Shown: in pieces, positions 49,590 through 62,743 of the stretch
Layout of the letters: the number at the start of each line of letters is the position of its first letter
Numbering within the stretch: position 1 is the stretch's first letter
NCBI RefSeq assembly: GCF_006345805.1
Contig: NC_043014.1
Location: 53,196,001 to 53,260,000, forward strand
Origin: Octopus sinensis
Taxonomy: Eukaryota
Length of the DNA stretch: 64,000 nucleotides
Reading direction: 5' to 3'
Notes under the pieces: generated by a model
The model's input: the letters and a program-made list of their open reading frames with translations, nothing else
What the model was told of the DNA's origin: nothing
Databases searched by the model: none
Translations under genes and position numbers: made by a program

Positions 49590-49798
49590 GCTGTTGTTGA
49601 TGTTGTTGTTGTTGCGGTAGCACCTGAGTCAGGCTGGTGACGGTGTTCTGTTCCTCGATGGACGAAAGTAAGGGCGGACGAGAAACTATTTTTGTGTAGG
49701 GTTTGTCCATTGAAGCGAAGACTTTTTCTAGTTTTTGCGAGTTCCGTCGGTTCGACGTCGTTCCTTCGCATTCTATATCGACCGGTGCTATCATAAAT
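49406..49798 (-). CDS. BEST: Poly-Gln-containing C-terminal exon assigned to bestrophin
   Basis: tttgctttgcttcag|A acceptor and TT|GTGAGT donor; 393 nt, phase 2-2. [37 protein letters not shown] is the only frame open from acceptor to donor and joins the 46376 exon in frame. Confidence 0.7.
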
Positions 49799-50713
49799 CT
49801 GAAGCAAAGCAAAAAAAAAAAAAAACAAAAAAAATGATGGAATGGAATGGAAAAGGCAAAAAGATGGAAGGAAAAAATGGGAAAAAACTCCTCTTGGAAT
49901 GATTTCATGTTTGAAGACGTTTGAAGCAGACAAGCAATTCGAATATTCTCATTCGTCTCTTTTAGACACCATGAGACACATTTGACTATTTTCATTTTAT
50001 GCTGTGTCAGTTGCATGCACCAGATTATCAAAATGTCATGGGACTTGGAGCACTTGTCGTCCAGTCATGTCGTAAAACCTTATGATTAAATATTAGAAAT
50101 ATAACACGAGATTATAAAAAAAGTGCTGAGGGAAGAGAAAAGGCAAGCGTTGTGCAACCATCACAAGTTGCAAATGTCCGCTTTTGAAAACCTTAAAGAA
50201 TGAATCTGGCAAAATAAAAGTTGTTCTGCTATTTGTCAACCGAGTTTAATATTTCGAAATTAAATCTGACAAACAATAAAATTATGGGGAAGATATTTAG
50301 TGTTTTGGGCAGAAATCGACTGCTGTTGCCCCAAGCAAATTCTCTGACAAAAGCGTTAGATTAAATAGTTGAAGGGAGACGTGAGGGAATGGCTTAACCA
50401 TTATCACTGTTCGGAAATGGTTTGAAAAGGACAGGAAACGCTCTAATCTAGATTTAGGTAAGATGAACAGAAAAAATCAAGTGCTTATTTGCGGACTGCA
50501 TCGAAATTTTTCGGACAACAGAAGGCAGTAAATAGTTATTAATGCAAACGTATGTTGGCTATTTGGAAACAGTTACTTCTTAAAGCATATATCTCGAAAG
50601 AGGAAAGACAGGTACCTAGGTGCAAAGGTACCTATGCATAATGGTACTTAGGTATGGAGTAACTTGGAAGTATAAAAGTATCTAGGTATAATGCAGCAGA
50701 ACTCAATTGTCTG

Positions 50714-50900
50714 GAACAAACGTCACTGGAGTCATGAAACTTAAAGACCTTGCTTGTTTATCATTATCATCCGCCAAGAACAAGGAATGGTGTCTGTAAA
50801 ATCTAGCCTGTCTGTTATATGAGAGTCTAATAGAAAATCTTGGATTACACAAGAATTTCTTACTGAATGGGCAATTCGAACATTTCTGTCCGTCTGCTGT
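50714..50900 (+). mobile_element. pogo/Tigger transposase (DDE_1) remnant
   Basis: NVTGVMKLK / LLVYHY.P.R / SNRKSWITQEFLTEW across frameshifts matches the N.SG..KLKPLLVY..NPR..SN.KAW.T...F.EW pattern. Confidence 0.65.
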
Positions 50901-51855
50901 CAAAAGTTACTCTTTGGCTGAATTTGGAATCGAAGGAACTTCTGCTTTGGGTCGCCCATCAAAACTCGATCCATTCTAAATGTTCGTCACTATATCAGTA
51001 GTTTTTAACTCATTAAGCACAATTTTTACTACTCTAACATATGGATTAAGGAGTTGTGACTGTTTTTAAGGAATATTATCTGAGAATAAGGTCTTTCGAT
51101 TACAGCAATGATGATAAATATCGGTCGGTCGAAGAATTAAAGAAAATTGACAACAAACAATAAACTATGTTAAAAATGCCTTGTTAAAGTTAAGCATACA
51201 TGCGTTGTTGAGGTTTGGAGAAATGTATAGAAGTGTAGTCGAGTAAGAGCAAAGATTAGGGAGTGAAAGAGTGACAGTTAGTAAAAAGTTTGTAGAAATG
51301 GCAGATAAATTGTTGGATTTGAAGAAGATGATGTCCGTAATTATTCAGTGTTTATTACTGGTAGAGGTAACCTCACTCAGAAACATCTTCAGAACCGCAA
51401 GAGTAAACAGGTTCAGACAGTAAACAGGTTCACCAATCTCATCTTAAAAACATAGTGAAAAAAATTATGCTTTCGAGCGCCTTTCAGAAAATGGTCCAAA
51501 TTTTGAATATTTTGGAAGACTGAATTTTTAGAAGTGAGAAGAATTATAAATTTGTAAAAAAAAAAGAGAAAAAAGAGTAGGTAAAGCAGTTTTCTGCATC
51601 AAATATGAATAATTTTAATTGACTTACAAATAATTTAGTAGAAAGGCTTCTCTTTCCGTCCACTTGCATTCATTGAAGACCATATTGGCGTTCAAAGGTG
51701 TTTTATGGTGTAATTAAATGAGCTTCGGAGTATAAAAACTATGTTCTACGAATAATAAAGTTTCTGATTGCGAATTGCAAGAGTGGAACATATACTCAAT
51801 AACCAAGGTATTGGTTTACACATACACACATGCACGCACACACGCACACACACAC

Positions 51856-51912
<57 letters not shown>

Positions 51913-52193
51913 CAAGAAAAAAGCAACTTGCTTTTTTCTTGGTTATAATCACCCCACATAATTTAATGGTTAATACCATAAAGAATTCTGGTGCATCTAA
52001 GTTAAGTACAATATTCATTTGAATTCACTTGAATCTTAATTGTTTTGCTGAAATTATATATATATATATATATATATATACAGATCGTCTTTTTAAGGTG
52101 TATCTAGGACTTCATTACTGAATGCCCCTTGCCTTTTCATTAAGTTAGTTGTGTATGATTTGAAGGAAAGTCGGCTACTATTTCTTTCCAGAG

Positions 52194-52226
<33 letters not shown>

Positions 52227-52229
<3 letters not shown>

Positions 52230-52392
52230 GGCCTGCCCCAGGTTTGCTGGCGCCCTGGGCAAGCTGAACTTCGGCGCCCTTATAAGTATAATTTTTTAAA
52301 AACTTTCACGAGAAGAAAAACTGAAAATGTAGAATGAAAAGCAGATGGCGCCTCGGGCGACTTCCCGAACTTCCGGTACCTTGAGCCGGACA
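52227..52392. mobile_element. Decayed GC-rich MITE-like element in a (TA)n tract
   Basis: Starts CAGGGCCTGCCC, repeated GGCGCC(C) motifs, ends CTTGAGCCGGAC. Termini only partly complementary. Confidence 0.4.
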
Positions 52393-53036
52393 CATACATT
52401 CAAATCCAGTCGGAGGCCGACTTTTTATCTCTGAGGTTGATAAAACAACATTTGCCCCTCCTCTCAAACTGCCGACCTTCGGTCTAAATGAAAATTTATT
52501 ATTGATATTGTTGTTGTCATTGTTGCAGTTATTCCCCGCCATCTCAGCCTTAATAAAGTAAATTAATGATTATAGGCGTTCCAGCCGTGACCAACACATT
52601 TACAAAACGTATCTAAGGAAAAAGTTATTCAACCCAGTGAGCCCTTTCCTTGTTTTAAACGACCAAAACTGATTTGACGTAAATTTGGCTTCCATTTCTA
52701 GCAAATCCAGTCACTCCGTTGATTCGTTCTGTAAACCAAGTCGTAAGGTGCCGCTTTTCGTCTCACTTTATCTCCGTCGCGTTCGGAATAGCAATAATGG
52801 TTTACGACTTCATTTTTTTCCCCGCAATAAATTTCACATTTCGCACGAATTCTTGCCTTTGTTGGGGTGTGTGGGGTGGGGGTGGGGTGGGGAGTGGAGA
52901 CGAAGTGAAATGTCGGCCATCTTTGATGAAGGAACTAAAACACTAAAACACGAAAATATTTCATTGACACGTCTCGGCTCGTTTGAAGATTGCTTTGATC
53001 TTATCGAGAATGTTTGAGCTAACGTGTTAGGAAAAA

Positions 53037-53133
<97 letters not shown>

Positions 53134-53226
53134 GGAAAGAGAAGAGAGAAGGAGAAAGAAAAGTGTATGTGTAAGCAGGAATCAGGGTGGATGCAAGGTG
53201 TTTGTGAGAAGCGGAATGAATCGATA

Positions 53227-53274
<48 letters not shown>

Positions 53275-53796
53275 GAGAGATAGAGAAGGGAGAGAGAGAA
53301 GGAATAGAGATGGTGTAAGCTTATGCAAAATGGAGGAATGAAAATGCTTTTGAATGTGTGTGTGTGCATGCTTCATGTAAATATATATATATATATATAT
53401 CATCATTATTTAGCGTCATATATATATATATATAAAGAGAGAGTGGGGAGAAAGAATGGGAGTGAGAGGGAGAGATGAAAGAGATGGGAGAGACAGAAAG
53501 CAGAAAGAGGAAATAATTTTGTAGTGAAGCGAATCCGCCGCCGCCGACGACGACCGTCGACAGCAGCCATCTTGTACAGAGTTTGTGAGACAACGAGGTA
53601 AAGCCGTTGTAAACCTGTGTGTGCTAGAAATAGCTGCCAAATCTACAAGAAACCACATTCTATCAGTTTAGAACCAAAAGGACACGTGTTACATAATGTC
53701 GTTCTGAATAAACACTGACTTGAAACAACAAGAGTAACTGGGTGATGAGGGGCGGAACGTGTTTCATCTTTGGTTTGCTTTTGTTGAGATGAACAA

Positions 53797-53927
53797 ACAC
53801 CACCACCACCACCACACCACCACCACCACCACCACCACCACCACCACCACCACCACCACCACCACCACCACCACCACCACCACCACCACCACCACCACCA
53901 CAACAACAACAACAACACAACAACAAC

Positions 53928-54012
<85 letters not shown>
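53797..54012. repeat. (CAC)n-(CAA)n compound trinucleotide microsatellite
   Basis: Direct reading. Poly-W, poly-G and poly-T ORFs are artefacts. Confidence 0.95.
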
Positions 54013-54458
54013 CGGCGGCAGTGATGATTAAACGGTTAAAGCGACAAATTAACTGGATCGGTAGAGCGTCCTATAAGACACCTTGTAGCATTTGTTCTGA
54101 TAATAACTACAGGTTTAACAACTGAAACGCTAGCAATTGGCATCCGAGTTCGAATCCGGGTGAGATTTGCTCAGGGTCCCCGTGAAGAGCAGCGAATTAG
54201 TGGAGTCATTCGAACATCGGATGGAACGGTTCAGTTCTTTGAGTTCTGAGGACGTCTGCTGCGGTAGCGGTGCCACGCAGCGCCGACATTTGTCTTTCTC
54301 TTGGGGAACTTTGGTGGTGTGGAGATGCAGAGGCTTGCATGCATAGACAACTGTTTCTCTTCCATACACCCGCAACAACAACAACGACAACAACAACAAC
54401 AACAACAAAGTCAACCATAACAATAACGTCAACAACATTTACAACGCCAGATACAACC

Positions 54459-54687
54459 TATTTCTTTTCTACCCACAAGGGGCTAAACACAGAGGGGACA
54501 AACAAGGACAGACAAACGGATTAAGTCGATTATATCGAACCTAGTGCGTAACTGGTACTTATTTAATCGACCCCGAAAGGATGAAAGGCAAAGTCGACCT
54601 CAGCGGAATTTGAACTCAGGACGTAACGGCAGACGAAATACGGCTAAGTATTTCGCCCGGCATGCTAACGTTTCTGCCAGCTCGCCG
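54459..54687 (-). mobile_element. Full-length Nin/Deu-domain SINE
   Basis: Same family as the trimer; A/B boxes present; near-perfect 18-bp duplication ACAACGCCAGAT(A/G)CAACC at 54441-54458 and 54713-54730. Confidence 0.92.
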
Positions 54688-56260
54688 ACAAAAACTAAGT
54701 CGATCTCGGAGAACAACGCCAGATGCAACCATGACGTCAGTCGCGACGTAACGTACAAATATGACGTCAGCAACAGTGACTGGCGTCGACTACGAACGAC
54801 GCCCACGCGTAGAACATTAACAATGTTAGCAAGATGATCAACATCGACAACAACCCAAAGCTCCATTGTAGCCGCGAGTTCCGAAAACCTGATTTCAAAT
54901 TTTGACACGAGGCCAGCAATTTCGGGGCAGGAGGTCTTCAGCGCTCAGCTGGTACTTGTGTTATTGACCCAGAAAAGATGAAAAATGAAGTCGACCCCAG
55001 CAGAAAAACCGACAAATATCTACAATGCTAATTCGGTGGCGAGCTGGCAGAATCAGTAGATCATCGCACGATATTCTTTGTGACTCTCGTTCTGTTTATT
55101 TACGTCCAGAGTTCAAATCCCGTCGAGGTGCAATTTGCTTTTCTATCTTTTCGTGGTCAATGAAATGCAAATAATAGTTATATCTTGGAGCCGATGGGAT
55201 TAACTTGCCCCTCCCCTCAAAATTGCGGGACTTGAAGTTAATGCTAATATAAATGGAAAAAAGACAGTAATAATGAGAAGCAAAACCTTGGTGGGAGGAC
55301 GTTGACGACAAGAGCAACAACTGAGGGCTATGGTTCGAACCTTGGCACTGGCTTACCGCTGTGGTCAAAACCAGCGTAATTTTTCTCCTAAGAGCTCAGG
55401 CTACTTGGCTTAAAAGTAAGTCACCACCGTCTCTACTGATATAAACATCCTAAACGTATTTTATAAGGACTTCAAGCTTATTCCGCAAACACAGCGTCTT
55501 ACCCCATTGCAGTACTGGGTTCTGCTGTACCCGTAGGGAAACCCTTGTTTTTCGACCGGACTACTCGTTTGGCTGTTAACCCCAAACTCTTCCCCTGCAA
55601 TAAATAAATGACTTCCTCTTTGATCACCGAAAGAGATGGATGTTGAGACTCGTAACTAAGAATTTGCTGGAGAAAATTGTCTCAGTTCCACAATACACAT
55701 GAAGACAATAAGGTTTGAGGGAGATTTGGCTGTTTTTTCTTGCAAGTCTGAGTGACAGCGTTGAACAGGGGCGCACTCAGTGACTTGTTGAGGTTCAGAT
55801 ACATTGGGCCTAAAAAAAGAAAGAGGTCTAGATACGCTGTGTCTGAAAATGAGAAAGCTCGGTCACGGATGGCAGCCATTGATCATTGGTCAACGCCATT
55901 AACATCAATCTGGGACAACAACAACAACAACAACAACAACAACAGCAACAGTAGCAGTAGCAGTAGCAGTAGCAGTAGCAGTACTATCAAATTCATACAC
56001 CAGGGAAAGCACCATTAGTTAAATCGCATCTTTTCGTAAAAGGCCATTCCTTACGCATCTTATCGTTTGTCTTTCTCCTTTCCAAACCGATCAACAAACA
56101 TCGGTTCTCAGAACCCATTTCCCACTTTTGCACTACTTCTCCACCATCATCACAAAAGCATTTTATCACCCGTTGGGTGCATATATATATGTTATATATA
56201 TATATATATGTGTATGTGTTATATAAGATTATATATATATATATATATTATATATATATA

Positions 56261-56319
<59 letters not shown>

Positions 56320-56813
56320 ATATAATAGTATGTGTAGTTATATAATAGTATCCCTGAAGGATGCAAAGTTAAATCGACTTCGGTGGGAATTGAACTCAAA
56401 ATATAAAAAAATGTTATACAACTATTTGAGGGATTTTTTCTTTCTGTTGCTCTGCGGATTCTTCCACGCAGGGCCCTTGCATATATAAGGTAAATAGACA
56501 CTTATTTCGACGATGGACTTTAAAGAACATACGTTAGGGCAGGGGTTTATTGGGGTCGCTTTAATTAACCCCAATACATCACTGGTACATTATCTTTACT
56601 TAGAAGGATGAAAGACCAAATTCACCTCGGTGAGATTCGAACACAAAATTTACAGATACGGTTCTTTTCTTTCACAATCCAGTTTTACCTTTTATAATTT
56701 CGGGGTCGATAACAAAGTATTTGTCAAGTACGGGGGTTGATGTAATTGACTTAATCCCCTCCCACAAGCTGCCCTTGTGGCAAAAATTTGAAATCATCAT
56801 CATCATCATCAAA

Positions 56814-56896
<83 letters not shown>

Positions 56897-57915
56897 AAGT
56901 AGTAGTAGTATCCATACTTTATCATTATTATTTTGACTTATGTAATTAGAAAAGTGTTGGTACGGTTTTTAGGCGCAGTAGAATATCGTAGCAATACATA
57001 ACAGGAGCGAAGTGGAGACGGTTTCAAATCTAATCTGGGATTATGATACTTATTTCTTATGAGCCTTCAACTGACTACTTCCTCCGTCGCTTTCGACGAT
57101 GATTATTTCAGTTTTTCGACCAACTGAATTACCTCGTAAAATGAGTGAGGATCTCATAAACACATTTGTACCCTTAATGGAATATTCTGGTAGACCCAAC
57201 CCGAAAGAGTGAGTGATGAGGCTGGATTTTTTGAATTGCGTATATAGTTGGCGGGCTTCTTCGCAGTTTCCGTCTACTAAAGTTCAAACACAACGCTTCG
57301 GTAGTCCTGCAGCTACGTAGAAGACATTAGGTCGGGGTGGGATCGAAACTGTGACCTCTTGATTGTTAACCAGACTTCTTGACTATTTGGCCATGCTTGG
57401 GTTCTTTCCTTTTATCTAATATCAGATTTCTCAGACTGGCTTCCATGGAACCCCGGTTTTTTGTGGAACTGCAGGGTTTTATGGGAAATTCCTAAGGGTT
57501 TCCTCGAGATAAATATCTTTTAAGAAAATTTAACAATTATTTAATAAACATTAACAAAATGGTGTTCATAATTTTCAAAATAACAATTATTATATAATTA
57601 ATATATAATTCCTTATATTATTAATATATAAATAAGTTTTTTAAAACAATTGTTGCTTTGTTATATACTTAATTAAAACGAAAGTGACGTGGGTTGGCCA
57701 TAATTTACAGGGAAGAATCCCTTTTTTTCATTTATATATATCTTTGGAAATGGTAGAAAGATTCGAAGAGAAATAAGTTAGCAGGACTTGCTGCTGTTTT
57801 AGATGGACATGAATCTGACGGATGCTGCATTTAGTTATGCTGTGAATAGGAGGCTTCATGCAGGTGCAGAAAGAAAAGGAAAAGAAAAAGAACTAATTGA
57901 TATATGGCAGAAAAT

Positions 57916-58324
57916 CTATCTACCTCGTTTGCTTTGAATCCACCCCACTGCCGTTAGGCTGGGTCGAAATAGATGAGGGTATTTCAGACATTTTGTTTGT
58001 ATCTCTCCGTCGCAGAAGGTTGATGGAAAACTAAACTTTCGCTGTATTTTCGCCTTTTTGCAGTCGCTGCGTCCTTCGATGTCCGTCTGAGTTGGTTGGC
58101 GTTGCTCTATCGGCTCTTCGGACGATCGGGTGGTCAGGTCCGAATCTGACGACCAGTTGGTGATGATGTTTGTGGGTGCGTCTGGATCGGGAGACTGGAG
58201 ATTCGGGCATGGCACCCCCATACCGGGTATGTTCAGAAGGGGTGCACCACCATTGGGGACGCTCATCGCTCTGTCTTCTCTTTTTGGCAGCGGAATCAGA
58301 CAATCTTGTTGCAAGTGAAGTTTA
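57916..58324 (-). CDS. BEST: Bestrophin C-terminal exon (alternative or terminal)
   Basis: ttccgtctcctgcag|T acceptor, phase 2, in frame after GSTYNIA: KLHLQQDCLIPLPKRED...WIQSKRGR*. Ends either at TAG 57916 or at donor G|GTAGAT 57924 (phase 1). Confidence 0.72.
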
Positions 58325-58570
58325 CTGCAGGAGACGGAAAGCTGGACATTTAGAATGGTAAATGGTAACGGTTCTAATGAGCAGAGAACGAGGCATCTAT
58401 GTATGTATGTGTATATATGTATTTATATGTGTGAATGTATGTGTGTGTGTATTTGTACTTCCAAGTATATACATATTCTATTTTTCTTTTGTCATTTTAT
58501 TATGTATGCATGAAACATCAGAATTGCGCCGGGTGGGCCATAAGTGGCTCTACCATTACAAACACACACA

Positions 58571-58609
<39 letters not shown>

Positions 58610-58760
58610 ACACACACACACACACACCGATGTCTGACAAAGACAATGAAACTCAACACGTGAGCAATGCTGCTCCTTCAACTGCGGAATGTGCCAACGC
58701 GGCACACCAACCCCTTCAGCAGCGTCACATCCATCGACATGTGACAAAATGTGACCCTAC

Positions 58761-58980
58761 CGACGAGCTGGCAGAAACGTTAGCACGCCGGACGAAATGC
58801 CTAGCGGTGTTTCGCCTGCCTTTACGCTCTGAGTTCAAATTCCGCCGAGGTCGACTTTGCCTTTCATCCTTTCGGGGTCAATTAAATAAGATCACTGAGG
58901 TCGATGTAATCGACTCAATCCCTTTGTCTGTCCTTGTTTGTCCCCTCTGTGTTTAGCCCCCTGTGGGCAATAAAGAAATA
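58761..58980 (+). mobile_element. Full-length Nin/Deu-domain SINE
   Basis: CGACGAGCTGGCAGAAACGTTAGCACGCC...GAGTTCAAATTCCGCCGAGGTCGACTTTGCCTTTCATCC...TAAAGAAATA. Confidence 0.92.
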
Positions 58981-59109
58981 AAATGTGAAACAGCTATCGA
59001 CATGACCTGACTTCTATTATAGGAGCCATTCACTTCTCTTTTGACGAACGCAACGTGCAAGAAAGATGCGGAAACGGGATTAACCTTGGCTGAACAGGGA
59101 AGGGGACGC

Positions 59110-59157
<48 letters not shown>

Positions 59158-59448
59158 TTGAAATTGAAAGAATTTGGAGCATGCGAGCAGTAAAGGTTGT
59201 GCCTATAACAATTGGTGCATTGGGAACAATAAGAAAGGATATAAGCGAATGGCCGAAGGGAATTGAAATAAAATGCCCGGTGGAACTTCTAAGGAGAGAA
59301 AGTTTGACTCTTGGGGAGAGCAGGGATTATCAGGAGAGTTCTAAGCACTTGAAAGACAGCTGAAACATTGTGGGTACCTAAGGCTAAAGGTAATTCGCTA
59401 TCCACAGAAATCCTGCCAGGAATAAGACTAAACCTGAGCCAAACCAAA

Positions 59449-59450
<2 letters not shown>
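59158..59450 (+). mobile_element. R4/Dong-clade LINE extreme 3' end
   Basis: EIERIWSMRAVKVVPITIGALGTI motif; begins directly after (TAA)n, ends in (GAT)n. Confidence 0.75.
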
Positions 59451-59479
<29 letters not shown>

Positions 59480-60391
59480 GATGATGATGATAATCGTTTC
59501 TAGTAAAGGCGCAAGGCCTGAAAGTTGGTGGGAGGGGTGTCCAGTCGATTACATCGACCCCAGTATTCAACTGGTACTTAATTTATCGACCGTTGTCCAC
59601 TTACGTCATTGAATGTCGTCTGGAAAAGAGGCTGAGTAAAGACCCAGCTACAGTACTGGATATCGAGCTACGGCGAGTGGGGACCTCAGCCAGATCATGG
59701 ACAATTCTTTGTTCTTCAATACTTGGTCGACTGCAAATAAATAAAAAAAACCCACAAAATATTAAAACAATCAACATTAAACAAATGAAACCTGATCAAC
59801 AAATTCAGTTTCAGTAAAATGGACCGAGTAATGTATGTTGTTAGGTGGATGAGGGTTTCGCATTCCGGGGGAAATTTCACTCTCGCCCCAATTGTAGGTC
59901 AAACAACGGAAGATGGTCCAGTGGTTAAGATACAGTAGGGGACATGTGTCACAGAGGCCCACCGGAAACCATTTTGCACATACGATCAAAGATATTCCAG
60001 CTGTGAAACTTCCGTCGTTTTCCCAAATATAATTTATCATAATTTATCATAATTTATTATAATTAATATTATAATTAAAAATGTATTTTCTTAAATGCAA
60101 GAGTAAATACGGTAGGATGTGATTTAAGGAAGATTTGGTTGCTTCTTCTAGCAGGTCGAGTGACCACACAGACATTGTTTCATTGGTTGGAGTGTCTTCA
60201 TAATGGATACGAAGCAGCATCAAAGTCGCGATTCGAACCAACGAATCCTGATATCTATTCAACACACCTGCTGAGCCAGGTATATATGAATTATAAACTC
60301 AGTAAGCCACAGTCGTCAAATTCCACTCCATTCCCAAGACACATAACTGCAACCTTCGTTCAAAGTAAAGACACAATTTCTTCAGACTTAC

Positions 60392-60543
60392 GCTATGTTA
60401 TATGTGGAACCCAAGAAATTCGGTCTCTTCGAAGCGTACGATGCCTCTGTATAGGGAAGCTCCTCGATGTTCTCATTCCAATACATGTCCCTAATAAGTG
60501 GCGGATGCTTCCCGTAGCATTGGTCAATAAGGGTCATAGAAAC
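60392..60543 (-). CDS. BEST: Bestrophin exon (152 nt)
   Basis: ttttccag|GTT..GC|GTAAGT; VSMTLIDQCYGKHPPLIRDMYWNENIEELPYTEASYASKRPNFLGSTYNIA (D.YW, PYT.AS, F.GST motifs). Missed by the ORF track. Confidence 0.95.
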
Positions 60544-61376
60544 CTGGAAAATTAAGCATCAACTCATAACAATTACTTTTAAAAGGGAAAGCAGTACCCT
60601 GGCTCGTTGCAGGGTCCTCGAGACAGTTGAAAGGGTGGGGGATGAGGAAAAGAGGTGACTTGCTTACAACAGAGGAGACTCCCAAGGTGCCAGGTAGGGA
60701 TCTTATTCTTTCAAACGGCTTAAGTCTAGAAATGCCATTCGAAAATCTAAAATTGCACAAATCTCTTTGTTTTTCAGACATCAACTCTCTCTCTCTCTCT
60801 CTCTCCCGCCTCCTCTCTCTCTCTCTCTCTCTCCCTCCTCTCTCTCTCTCTCCCTCCTCCTCTCTCTCTCCCTCCTCCTCTCACTTTCCCTCCTCCTTTC
60901 TCTCTCCCCCTCCTCCTCTCTCTTTCCCTCCTCCTTTCTCTCTCTCCCTCCTCCTTTCTCTCTCTCCCATTTTCCTCTCTCTCCCTCCTCCTCTCTCTTT
61001 CCCTCCTCCTTTCTACTTCCAGCAGATCTAGCTACCACGTAGGAGCCCCTTCTTTGGCTTACTAAAAGACAGATGGAGTCCCTAGGTGAACAGTTCTGTC
61101 AGAAAGCTCATGGTTGTTGTTGCTGTTGTTGTTGTTGTTTAGTACTAGGTCAGCCCTGATCAAGCAATCCGATGTTCAGAGGTTTGTCAACAACAATTAC
61201 AGCAACATAAGCAGCAGCAGCACTGTTCCTTTTAGGGTCAATAACTTTAAAACACACACACACACACACACACCACACACACACACACACACGCACACAC
61301 GCGCACACACACTGGCTGAGTGTCCATATAAAAGAAATCGGAAAAGAGAATAGGTTTCGTGGAGGTGACTTCTTAC

Positions 61377-61457
61377 CGCCGTGTGTCTGTCCAGTAACCA
61401 GTTGATGTCGTAGTCATCGTCGTCTTCTCCAAACGGATTGATCAGTTGCTCGGCCAC
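61377..61457 (-). CDS. BEST: Bestrophin exon (81 nt), acidic Ca2+-clasp cluster
   Basis: [27 protein letters not shown]; ttgaag| acceptor, |GTAAGA donor, phase 0-0. Confidence 0.97.
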
Positions 61458-62743
61458 CTTCAACAGAAAAGCGAAAGGTGAAGCCAATCCGACAATGAGA
61501 GCAGATTTCTTATTCCAATGCACACACGCACACACACACACACAAACATAAAAACATACATATATATGTATGTGTGTGTGTGTGTGTGCGTGTTCATGTA
61601 TAATTAGAGAACAGCTTTTCTTTCAAATGTGTGATATTTAAAATTACAAATAGTTTTGAGTTGTTGAATGGATTTTCCATATTGCCTTCTTTATCCTTTT
61701 TATGTTTAGTTCAGGATAATACCCTTCCTAAATCCATTAATCCTTTAATATTCCAATCCTGTCCCGGCCTCATCATCACAATGAAATCAAGAGAATAACG
61801 ACTTATTGTTCACTCGCGTCGCAGTCGATCGCAAAGGAACAAAGCAATTCCACGAAAACCGATGGAAATCGTTTTTAAAATCACGCAACATTTAAAATCT
61901 TGGCAAATTTCATTCTTTATTTCAAATGCGAACCATTTTTGTATTGAGTTTTGTTGGTATTTTGCTTTAGTGAATCTTCCATAATTATTCTTTCTATTTT
62001 TGTGGAATTCTACATAAAACTGCCATACTGTCAACAAATAGCTTTTCTAATTTCCAGCCGAAGACTGTCTTAACCGTTTTGTTCCATATTTCTGTTGAAA
62101 GATACTGGCTTTGTGCCAATACATTTTAAAACAAGAAATTGTCATTGTTCAGTTAGTATTTCGAACATAGATGTCGATGAAATTTTGATGAGATCAATTT
62201 AAAACGGGAAGTTTATATCACAAAACTAGGATCGGTCAAAGGCAAGCTGGAATGAAAAGAATGAAAATGAGTTGCGATGAGTTCTTGTTTTACTTCGAGG
62301 TTTATTTCTTTCTGTCGTTGATTCTGACCGCAACAGAAAACACGCCTCATTTTACTCAACCGTTGGCATGGCGCTAATGAAGGTAAACGGATTACAATAC
62401 CTCAGAGATGCAGCCATTCAGGGGCCATTGAAAGGTGGGTAATTAGCGAATTTAGTCAGAATGGACTCCTTCAAAGCAGTTTATAGCCGGCAAATAACAT
62501 CAATATAGAGGATAAAACTAAAATGGACAGAGGCAACTACGTGAGATGGTGGATCGAACCCACACACAAACGATTGCCAAAGAAAGAAAAATAATAATAA
62601 TAAAAAGACACACACACAAGATAAGCTCCTTAGCCACTCGGCTACGTCTGCAGCGAATTGGATGAAATTAAGGCCACAATTCTACTGACTCGGTCATGGT
62701 TCGAACCTAACGCCACTGCATCGTGAAAGAAGAAAAGACCTAC

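Noticed and set aside
54130-54438. Minus-strand ORF with a signal-peptide-like Leu run, considered as the missing phase-1 to phase-2 bestrophin exon
   Set aside because: The Leu run is (TTG)n, the acceptor at 54350 lacks a pyrimidine tract and no credible phase-2 donor precedes the stop.
60781-61020. Degenerate CT-rich repeats giving Arg/Glu- and Leu/Ser/Pro-rich ORFs
   Set aside because: A simple polypurine/polypyrimidine intronic tract, common in this genome.
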